Source: Bacteroidales bacterium (GTDB lineage Bacteria; Bacteroidota; Bacteroidia; Bacteroidales; GCA-2711565). From it: a DNA stretch of 64,000 nucleotides. The translations under genes and the position numbers were made by a program. The DNA lies in NCBI GenBank assembly GCA_028280405.1, contig JANQLW010000022.1:64212-128211 (forward strand), given 5' to 3'. Shown here in pieces: positions 45,550 to 53,724 of this stretch (position 1 is the first letter of the stretch; the number at the start of each line of letters is the position of its first letter). Below the pieces are notes generated by a model. It searched no databases. It saw only the letters and a list, made by a program, of their open reading frames with translations, and was not told the DNA's origin.

Positions 45550-45735
45550 ATGAAAACTAAAAATTCAAAAAAATTAAAACTTAAAAAAAGAACTATTGCT
45601 AATCTTAACAAAGGAGCTATGAATAATTTGAAAGGTGGTGCACTTTCCGTTGGCTGTGTTTATACCTCAAATACAGGCGGAACGCACCCTCATCCTGGTT
45701 GCGATTTTGACCCTACAAGCAAAGAGTGTGAGTAA
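45550..45735 (+). CDS. Class I lanthipeptide precursor (LanA) with a Bacteroidota GG-type leader
   Basis: 61 aa. The leader MKTKNSKKLKLKKRTIANLNKGAMNNLKGG has hydrophobic residues at -4, -7, -12 and -15 relative to the GG. The core ALSVGCVYTSNTGGTHPHPGCDFDPTSKECE has 3 Cys and 7 Ser/Thr. It lies directly upstream of lanC/lanB. Confidence 0.85.
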   Translation: MKTKNSKKLKLKKRTIANLNKGAMNNLKGGALSVGCVYTSNTGGTHPHPGCDFDPTSKECE

Positions 45736-45761
45736 TAATACTATGATTTAAAGCATTCTCA

Positions 45762-45793
45762 CTCAAAGGCTCAATTAATATTGAGCCTTTGAG
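45762..45793 (+). terminator. Perfect 14-bp hairpin between lanA and lanC (candidate partial terminator or transcript stabiliser)
   Basis: ctcaaaggctcaat-taat-attgagcctttgag. It is followed by caaaaaa rather than a T-run, so it is not a canonical intrinsic terminator. Confidence 0.45.
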
Positions 45794-45811
45794 CAAAAAA
45801 CAATTCGTATT

Positions 45812-47020
45812 ATGAAATGGTCAAAATGTATTGATGATCAAAACAAACATATTTCTTTAAAGATAGATAAGATAGCCTTAGAATTAAATAGTTTAAAAAA
45901 TTTAAACGAAATAGGATTATTTATTGGCTTGAGTGGAATTTCACTGTTTAATTTTTACTACTCACGTTATAAAAACATCTCAAAGTATTCTGAATTAGGG
46001 TATAAATATATTCTAAAAATATTTGAGGCTATAAATGAAAAATCATTTGTCCACTCATTTTCATATGGCTTACCAGGTATAGGATGGTTGATTGAACATC
46101 TTATTGAATATGATTTCATCGAGGAGGAAAATAGGAATGTCCTTGAGGATATTGATAGTTTCATATTTGAGGATATGATGAAAGCACTTCAAACATCAAA
46201 CTATGACTATCTACATGGAGGGTTAGGTAACGCTATGTATTTATTGAATAGAAAAAACACGAATACTGTTAATAACTACCTGCATCAATTAGTTGATACT
46301 CTTCATGAAAAAAGCATTAAAGACACTAATGGTAGTATAAAATGGGTTTCAAAACCAAGTAATAACTCAAGCGAATCTGAATTTACTTATAACATTTCAT
46401 TATCTCATGGAATGTCGAGCCTTTTATTAATACTGTGTAAAATATACCACTTAAAAATAAACAAAAGAATTAGCAAGAAGCTCATAAGAGGCTGTGTTTT
46501 ATATATATTAAGTCAGAAATTTTGTTCAAGAGACTTCAATTCATTTTTCCCTAGCCTTTCTAAAGATAATAGTAAACCAAAACCTAGTAGATTGGCATGG
46601 TGCTATGGTGACCTGGGGATTTGTTTAGCAGTTTTCAAATCAGCTGAAATCTTAGATGATAATTCATTGAAAAAAGAAATAGTCAATTTGTTACAATTAT
46701 CCACACAAAGAAAAAGTCTTAAAAAAAATGGAGTTTATGATGCTGCGTTGTGTCATGGAGCTAATGGTATAGCACAAATATATAACAGAATGTTCCATTA
46801 TACAGGAATTGACACATTTCAAACTTCCGCAAAATATTGGTATAACAAAGCTTTGTCATTACCATATTATACAAAAGTAATTGAAAATAAACATGTTGAA
46901 TATTCAAATTTAACAAGAAAGTATAGTTTGCTTGAAGGAGCATCAGGTATTGGTTTAAGCCTTATTTCTGCCATATCAGACATAGAGCCTACATGGGATA
47001 GTTGTTTATTACTTAGCTAA
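45812..47020 (+). CDS. lanC: LanC-like lanthionine cyclase
   Basis: 402 aa. Repeated GxxG motifs of the alpha-toroid are present (GLSGISLF, GLPGIGW, GGLGNAMY, GMSSLL, GDLGI, GANGIA, GASGIGL). Zn-ligand contexts are WCYGDLG and LCHGANG. Confidence 0.9.
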   Translation: MKWSKCIDDQNKHISLKIDKIALELNSLKNLNEIGLFIGLSGISLFNFYYSRYKNISKYSELGYKYILKIFEAINEKSFVHSFSYGLPGIGWLIEHLIEYDFIEEENRNVLEDIDSFIFEDMMKALQTSNYDYLHGGLGNAMYLLNRKNTNTVNNYLHQLVDTLHEKSIKDTNGSIKWVSKPSNNSSESEFTYNISLSHGMSSLLLILCKIYHLKINKRISKKLIRGCVLYILSQKFCSRDFNSFFPSLSKDNSKPKPSRLAWCYGDLGICLAVFKSAEILDDNSLKKEIVNLLQLSTQRKSLKKNGVYDAALCHGANGIAQIYNRMFHYTGIDTFQTSAKYWYNKALSLPYYTKVIENKHVEYSNLTRKYSLLEGASGIGLSLISAISDIEPTWDSCLLLS

Positions 47021-47029
47021 ATAATTAAT

Positions 47030-49255
47030 ATGAATTCTGATAATAGATATAAATTCTTCAATAAATTTATTCTACGGACACCATTATTCCCATATAGTAC
47101 ATTAGATGCCATTATTTCAAAAAGGAATATTAGAGAAGAAGACTTAAAACAGATATGTTCAAACCCTTCATTTCAGGAAGCCATATTTCTGGCATCACCC
47201 GAGTTGTCAGCAGAAGTTAGTAAATGGCTAAATAAAGAACTTAGTGGCAAATCACAGAAAGCTATTGAAAAATTGCACTTTGCCGTTTTAAAATACTTGA
47301 TAAGGATGTCCACAAGATGTACTCCCTTTGGATTATTTGCAGGATTCTCTGTTGGACACTATGGCAGTGAAAACAATATCAAAACACCTGACCGATCAAC
47401 TTTTAAAAGACATACGCGCCTTGACATGAATTATCTATGTTCTTTAATTCAAGATATTTCACAAATTCCTGAGCTTAGAGAAACAACAAAATATTACCCC
47501 AACAATAGTATTTATTCTGTCGGAAATCAATTGCGGTATATAGAATACCATTATGAATATTCCCGGCGATTCCATCAAATTGTAGCAGTTGATTACTCAG
47601 AATACTTAAAAAAAATCCTCAGGAAATCATCGAACGGCGCATACATTGATGACTTAGCAACAGTACTCGTAAATGATGAGATTGAGTTCGAAGAAGCTAA
47701 AGAATTTGTAAATGAACTTATAGACGGGCAATTATTGGTCAATGAATTCGAACCCTCCATCACAGGAAAAGAATTCCTGGATCAGATATTGCAGATTTTA
47801 GAAAATATCAACAGCTCCAGCAAACTCAAAGAAGTCCTGATTCAAATTAAAAAAAAACTAGATGAAATTGATAGCAATGCAATTGGAACGACCTTATCAA
47901 AATATCACGAAATCGCGAATAATCTGAATTCTTTAGAAACAAAATACGATATCAAATTTCTGTTTCAAACAGATATGATAATCCCCTCACAAAATTTTAC
48001 ACTTAGCAAAGATATTCCAGTTCAAGTATTACAAGGCATTGAAGCATTAAACAAATTAACGCTACCACCTCCAACAACCTATCTTAAGCAGTTTAAAGAA
48101 GCTTTTTACGAGCGCTATGAAGATAGGGAAATGCCACTATTACACGTTTTAGATACGGAAGTAGGAATTGGATATATGCAAAATAATAATTCTGGAGATG
48201 TTTCTCTTTTGGCAGACAATATTTTTCTACCCAATTTAACAAGAAACCATACTTCTATAAATTGGACCGATATACATTCCTTCCTATTAAAAAAGATTAC
48301 TCAAGCTATTTCACAAAGTAAGCTTTCAATTGAAATTAAGGAAGATGAGTTGAAATCATTCAATTCCAATTGGGATGATATGCCTGATACTTTTTCAACT
48401 ATGGTGAATATTTTCGAAAATGGGAAAATATATATGAAAGAAGCCGGAGGTTCAAGCTCTACTAATCTATTGGGACGATTTTGTCACGCAGATGGAGAGT
48501 TATATAACTATGTCAAAGAGATTAAAGCTAAGGAAGAAGAACTAAATCCGGATAAAATCCTGGCTGAAATTGTGCATCTTCCGGAATCAAGAGTTGGGAA
48601 TATTCTTTTGCGGCCAGTATTAGGTGAATATGAAATTCCTTACCTGGCAAAATCATCAGTAAAAAAAGAAAATCGAATAGAGTTACAGGACCTGATGATT
48701 TCCGTGAAAAGAAATAGAGTTGTGTTACGATCCAAAAAATTAAACAAAGAAATTATTCCACGCCTGAGTACAGCTCACAATTACACTTCAAACGCCTTAC
48801 CGGTTTATCAATTTCTTTGCGATATGCAAAACCAGGAAATTAGAAGTGTTGTAGGATTTAATTGGCGAAGGTTTGAAATCGAATATCCCTTTCTACCAAG
48901 AATTGAATACAAAAATTTAATTCTATCACTGGCAACTTGGAATATCAAAAAAGAAGACATTGATGATATTCTTAATGCAAATTCTGATGACGAATTATAC
49001 AAGCAAATGGAAAATTTTAAACTTGAAAGGAAGTTACCTGATCTGGTCACTCTGGTTGATGGAGATAATAAACTACTGATTAATCTAAAAAATTTACTTT
49101 GCATTAAAACCCTTATAGCAACTATAAAAAATCGTAAAAATTTTATACTCACTGAATTTCTTTTCAATGCAAAAGATGGAATTGCAAAAGGGCCTGAAGG
49201 TATATTTACAAACCAATTTATAATCTCTTTTTACAAAACAACTAAACAGAACTGA
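47030..49255 (+). CDS. lanB: Lanthipeptide dehydratase, N-terminal glutamylation part of a split LanB
   Basis: 741 aa. N-terminus FILRTPLFPYS and overall size are typical of the Lant_dehydr_N family. Starts 9 nt after lanC. Confidence 0.85.
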   Translation: MNSDNRYKFFNKFILRTPLFPYSTLDAIISKRNIREEDLKQICSNPSFQEAIFLASPELSAEVSKWLNKELSGKSQKAIEKLHFAVLKYLIRMSTRCTPFGLFAGFSVGHYGSENNIKTPDRSTFKRHTRLDMNYLCSLIQDISQIPELRETTKYYPNNSIYSVGNQLRYIEYHYEYSRRFHQIVAVDYSEYLKKILRKSSNGAYIDDLATVLVNDEIEFEEAKEFVNELIDGQLLVNEFEPSITGKEFLDQILQILENINSSSKLKEVLIQIKKKLDEIDSNAIGTTLSKYHEIANNLNSLETKYDIKFLFQTDMIIPSQNFTLSKDIPVQVLQGIEALNKLTLPPPTTYLKQFKEAFYERYEDREMPLLHVLDTEVGIGYMQNNNSGDVSLLADNIFLPNLTRNHTSINWTDIHSFLLKKITQAISQSKLSIEIKEDELKSFNSNWDDMPDTFSTMVNIFENGKIYMKEAGGSSSTNLLGRFCHADGELYNYVKEIKAKEEELNPDKILAEIVHLPESRVGNILLRPVLGEYEIPYLAKSSVKKENRIELQDLMISVKRNRVVLRSKKLNKEIIPRLSTAHNYTSNALPVYQFLCDMQNQEIRSVVGFNWRRFEIEYPFLPRIEYKNLILSLATWNIKKEDIDDILNANSDDELYKQMENFKLERKLPDLVTLVDGDNKLLINLKNLLCIKTLIATIKNRKNFILTEFLFNAKDGIAKGPEGIFTNQFIISFYKTTKQN

Positions 49256-49260
49256 AGTGT

Positions 49261-50169
49261 ATGGTTACCAATAAACGCACATTTATACCGGGAAACGAAT
49301 GGCTCTATTATAAAATTTATACCGGAGTTAAAACAGCTGATATGATTCTCACAGAGATAATCAAGCCTGTAACAGAGCATCTATTAGCCGATAAACTGAT
49401 AAATCAGTGGTTCTTTATTAGATATGCCGATCCTCATTCACACCTAAGACTTAGGTTTCATATTTCGGATCCTGGCAAGCTTGGAGACATCATACACTAT
49501 TTCAACCATTTCATAAAACCATTGATAGACCAGAATATCATCTGGAAAATTCAAACCGACACTTATCAAAGAGAAATTGAAAGATATGGTTTAAGCACCA
49601 TTCATCTTGCTGAAGAATTGTTTTACCATGACAGTACACTAATTACAAACACACTCGATTTAATTGAAGGGGTTGAAGGCGAGAAAATACGATGGTTGTT
49701 TAGCCTTCGAATGATGGACGAATTACTGGATGGTTTTAACTATAGCCTGGAAGAAAAAATGAAGCTACTGAACCATCTGGCTATGGGATTCGGAAAGGAA
49801 TTTGGCATTAACTCAGGTTTAATAAAACAGTTAAGTAATAAATACCGCAACGAAAAAAAAGAAATATCCACGGTACTAAATAGAAACCTGGACAAAGACA
49901 ACGAGATGCTTCCGCTTTTCGAATTGCTAAATACCAAAAGCGAATTGTCACAAAAAGCAATTGCCGGGATATTGAATGCAAAAACCAAAAATGAGTTAAA
50001 TATTCCGTTGGACAACTTGCTTGGAAGCCTCATACATATGATGTTGAATCGTTTGTTCAGATCAAAGCAAAGATTACATGAAATGGTTTTATACGGATTT
50101 CTGTTCAGGTATTACAAATCTGAAATAGCAAAACTTAAATATCAAAAGAAGCAATTCGTTCCGGTATAA
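49261..50169 (+). CDS. SpaB_C / thiopeptide-type bacteriocin biosynthesis domain protein (glutamate-elimination part of a split LanB)
   Basis: 302 aa. The signature EWLYYKIYTG...WFFIRYADPHSHLRLRFH is typical of this family. Starts 5 nt after the previous gene. Confidence 0.85.
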   Translation: MVTNKRTFIPGNEWLYYKIYTGVKTADMILTEIIKPVTEHLLADKLINQWFFIRYADPHSHLRLRFHISDPGKLGDIIHYFNHFIKPLIDQNIIWKIQTDTYQREIERYGLSTIHLAEELFYHDSTLITNTLDLIEGVEGEKIRWLFSLRMMDELLDGFNYSLEEKMKLLNHLAMGFGKEFGINSGLIKQLSNKYRNEKKEISTVLNRNLDKDNEMLPLFELLNTKSELSQKAIAGILNAKTKNELNIPLDNLLGSLIHMMLNRLFRSKQRLHEMVLYGFLFRYYKSEIAKLKYQKKQFVPV

Positions 50170-50188
50170 TCAGAAGTAAAGAGTTAAG

Positions 50189-52393
50189 ATGAAAAAAAGA
50201 TTTCCTGCATATAAACAACTGGATGCCATGGATTGTGGTCCTTCATGTTTGAAGATCATAGCCCAATACTATGGGAAATTTTTCTCGCTTCAAAGCTTGA
50301 GAGAAAAATGCAGCATTAACAGAGAAGGAGTTTCTTTACTTGGCATCAGTGATGCTGCCGAATTGATTGGTTTTCGCACGGTGGGATCCAGAATTGATTT
50401 TGAAAAATTAAAAGATGAAGTTCCCTTGCCTTGTATTGCACACTGGAATCAACGGCACTTTGTTGTGATATACGATATTAAGTCCAAAAAAGGTGAAGAC
50501 ATGATTTGCATATCCGATCCGGCACATGGAAAAGTAAAATATAGCAAAAAAGAGTTTTTAAAGGCTTGGGCAAGTACTGTAAATAACAACAAAGAAGAGG
50601 GGGTGGTTTTAATGCTGGAACCAACACCGGATTTCTTTAAACAAGAAGACGAACAACTTAATAAAAAAAGTTTCAGGTTTCTGTTTTCTTACCTGAAACC
50701 TCATAAAAGATATTTGTTTCAACTTGTGCTGGGGTTGATATTGGGAAGCTTGCTCCAACTTATCTTCCCGTTTCTAACACAATCTATTGTTGATATCGGT
50801 ATTAATAATCAAGATTTAGGATTTATAACCCTGATATTAATTGCCCAACTTGTTTTATTTATTAGCCAAACCAGTGTCGAATTTATCAGAAGCTGGATTT
50901 TACTACACATCAGTACCCGCATCAATGTTTCACTTATATCCGATTTCTTAATAAAACTAATGAAGCTGCCCATTGGTTTTTTTGATCAAAAAATGATTGG
51001 CGACCTCATGCAAAGAATCAGTGATCACACACGTATTGAATCATTTTTAACCGGATCATCACTTCAGATATTATTTGCCTTTGTGAACCTGATCATCTTT
51101 GCCATTGTATTGGGTATTTATAGTCTGAAAATATTGCTAATTTTTCTTATTGGTTCAGCTTTGTATGCTGCTTGGGTGTCTGTTTTTATGAAAAAAAGAC
51201 GGGAAATTGATTACAAAAGATTTTCTCAAATGGCCGATAATCAAAGTAATCTGATACAATTGATCAATGGGATACAAGAAATCAAGCTTAACAATTGTGA
51301 AAAGCAAAAAAGATGGGACTGGGAACGCATACAGGCAAAGTTGTTTCGCGTAAATATAGGGGGGCTTGCCTTGAATCAATATCAACAAGCCGGTGGAGCA
51401 TTTTTTAATCAAACCAAAAATATTCTGATCACTTTCATAGCGGCCCAGTCTGTTGTAAAAGGTGATATCACATTGGGGATGATGCTTGCCATACAGTATA
51501 TCATCGGACAATTAAATGCTCCGATTGAACAGATGATAAACTTTGTCCGTTCGGCACAGGATGCAAAAATAAGTTTAGAGCGTTTAGGGGAAATTCATTT
51601 GAAAGATGAGGAGGAAAATCCCAATGAAAGCAAACTATCAGAACTTCCAATCAAAAAAGACATCACCATTAGCAATCTCTTTTTTCAATATGACGGGCCA
51701 AATTCAGAATTTGTGTTAAACAGCCTGAATTTACTCATTCCTGAAAACAAAATTACCGCTATTGTTGGCAGCAGCGGAAGCGGTAAAACAACACTTTTGA
51801 AGCTCTTACTGGGGTTTTATCCTCCTGTAAAGGGAGATATTAAAATCGATAAAATTCAAATAGCAAATATTACCGGAAAAGTTTGGCGGTCAAGTATTGG
51901 GGCAGTTATGCAGGATGGCTATATTTTTTCGGATACCATTGCACAAAATATCGCTATCAGCGACGAACATATTGATAAAAATAAGCTGCTTAATGCTGTT
52001 GAAGTTGCAAACATCAGAGAATATATTGAATCCCTTCCCTTAGGCTTTAATACAAAAATTGGCCAAGAGGGTATAGGCTTAAGCCAGGGTCAAAAACAAC
52101 GAATTCTCATTGCTCGTGCAGTATATAAAAATCCGGATATTATTTTCTTTGATGAAGCCACAAATGCCCTTGATGCCAATAATGAAAAAATCATCATGCA
52201 AAACCTGAATGAATTCTTTAAAGGGAAAACAGTAGTGGTGGTTGCACACCGTTTAAGTACTGTCAAAAACGCCGATCAGATTGTAGTTCTCGAAAAAGGA
52301 AAAATCATTGAAAAAGGAAATCATAAAGAATTGAGCACACAAAAAGGAGCATACTTTGAGTTAGTAAAAAACCAATTAGAATTAGGAAATTAA
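50189..52393 (+). CDS. lanT: Bacteriocin/lanthipeptide ABC exporter with an N-terminal C39 double-glycine peptidase domain (LanT type)
   Basis: 734 aa. C39 catalytic context (QLDAMDCGPSCL, IAHWNQRHFVV, ISDPA), six-helix TMD, Walker A (GSSGSGKTT), ABC signature (LSQGQKQR), Walker B (IIFFDEAT). Confidence 0.9.
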   Translation: MKKRFPAYKQLDAMDCGPSCLKIIAQYYGKFFSLQSLREKCSINREGVSLLGISDAAELIGFRTVGSRIDFEKLKDEVPLPCIAHWNQRHFVVIYDIKSKKGEDMICISDPAHGKVKYSKKEFLKAWASTVNNNKEEGVVLMLEPTPDFFKQEDEQLNKKSFRFLFSYLKPHKRYLFQLVLGLILGSLLQLIFPFLTQSIVDIGINNQDLGFITLILIAQLVLFISQTSVEFIRSWILLHISTRINVSLISDFLIKLMKLPIGFFDQKMIGDLMQRISDHTRIESFLTGSSLQILFAFVNLIIFAIVLGIYSLKILLIFLIGSALYAAWVSVFMKKRREIDYKRFSQMADNQSNLIQLINGIQEIKLNNCEKQKRWDWERIQAKLFRVNIGGLALNQYQQAGGAFFNQTKNILITFIAAQSVVKGDITLGMMLAIQYIIGQLNAPIEQMINFVRSAQDAKISLERLGEIHLKDEEENPNESKLSELPIKKDITISNLFFQYDGPNSEFVLNSLNLLIPENKITAIVGSSGSGKTTLLKLLLGFYPPVKGDIKIDKIQIANITGKVWRSSIGAVMQDGYIFSDTIAQNIAISDEHIDKNKLLNAVEVANIREYIESLPLGFNTKIGQEGIGLSQGQKQRILIARAVYKNPDIIFFDEATNALDANNEKIIMQNLNEFFKGKTVVVVAHRLSTVKNADQIVVLEKGKIIEKGNHKELSTQKGAYFELVKNQLELGN

Positions 52394-52398
52394 TCACT

Positions 52399-53703
52399 AT
52401 GCCTTTAAACCAATTTGAAATACGGACTGAAGAAATCAATGAGATACTAGGAAAAACTCCCAACAGGATTATTCGTTGGGGAATTAGTGTATTCTTCATT
52501 GTTATTCTTCTTCTACTGGTTAGCAGTTATTTTTTTAAGTATCCTGATTTTATTACTTCTACTATTGAAATAACAACAACGATCCCACCATCTGAAATCA
52601 AAGCTACAAGCGGTGGAAAGATTGAGAAATTATTTGTAGATGATATGCAATTGGTAAGTAAAGGGGAATATTTAGCGTTGATTGAAAACACAGCTAATTA
52701 TGATCACGTAAAAAAACTAATCTCTTTTGTGAATTCAATCTCAGATAGTAATCCTATCAAAAATTTTGATGCTATAAGATCTTTTTTGCAATCGGCTGAT
52801 ATGATACTTGGCGATTTGCAACCATACCTGGCAAACTTTAAATACAATTTCAAAGAATACGAAAATTACCTGACTCTTTCATATCATGTAAAAAGAATTG
52901 TTGCGATTAAAAAACAAATAGCGGATCGAAAGAACTATAAAACCTTATCTGAAAAACAATTGAAAAGCTTAACGCTTGAATTTGATTTAACCCAAAAAGA
53001 GCTTAATCGATTTAAAGGATTGTATGAGGAAAAAATTGTTGCCGAAAGCGAATACGAAAAAATTGAAGCCAACTACTACAAAAAAAAATACAGTTTAGAA
53101 GGGTTTACCGCAAGACTGGCTGAAATCGATAGCGAAATTATGCGTTTACAAAATGACATTACTGACCTAGAACTTCAAAATCAAATTCAGCAAAATCAAC
53201 TCGAAAATAAATTACAGAAATCATTCAATGAGCTTCAAAATCAAATAAAATCCTGGGAACTGAAATATGTGTTGAAATCCCCAATAAAAGGGAAATGCTC
53301 ATTCACAAAGATTTGGAACGTTAATCAAAACGTAAAAACAGGAAAAACCGTATTAACAATCGTACCCTCTAACGATCAGCAAATAATTGGTAAACTTTTA
53401 TTACCGGTTCAAGGGTCGGGCAAGGTAAAAAAAGGACAAAAACTAAATATAAAGCTTTTCAATTATCCATTCATGGAATATGGTATGCTGTTAGGCAGAA
53501 TTGAAAACATATCGCTAGTACCTGAAGAAAATTACTACTCCGTAGAGGTTGCTCTTATAAATGGCTTAACTACCAATTACAAAAAAGAATTGAACTTCCA
53601 TCAAAAGATGCAAGGAACGGCGGAAATTATAACAGAAGAAAGAAGACTGATTGAACGGGTAATATCACCCCTTAAATCCTTAATCAAGAATAAATCCTAC
53701 TAA
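52399..53703 (+). CDS. HlyD-family membrane fusion / secretion adaptor protein
   Basis: 434 aa with an N-terminal TM segment, a long coiled-coil central region and a beta-barrel C-terminus. Starts 5 nt after the ABC exporter. Confidence 0.8.
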   Translation: MPLNQFEIRTEEINEILGKTPNRIIRWGISVFFIVILLLLVSSYFFKYPDFITSTIEITTTIPPSEIKATSGGKIEKLFVDDMQLVSKGEYLALIENTANYDHVKKLISFVNSISDSNPIKNFDAIRSFLQSADMILGDLQPYLANFKYNFKEYENYLTLSYHVKRIVAIKKQIADRKNYKTLSEKQLKSLTLEFDLTQKELNRFKGLYEEKIVAESEYEKIEANYYKKKYSLEGFTARLAEIDSEIMRLQNDITDLELQNQIQQNQLENKLQKSFNELQNQIKSWELKYVLKSPIKGKCSFTKIWNVNQNVKTGKTVLTIVPSNDQQIIGKLLLPVQGSGKVKKGQKLNIKLFNYPFMEYGMLLGRIENISLVPEENYYSVEVALINGLTTNYKKELNFHQKMQGTAEIITEERRLIERVISPLKSLIKNKSY

Positions 53704-53724
53704 AATTCAATTTCCAAAATAGAA

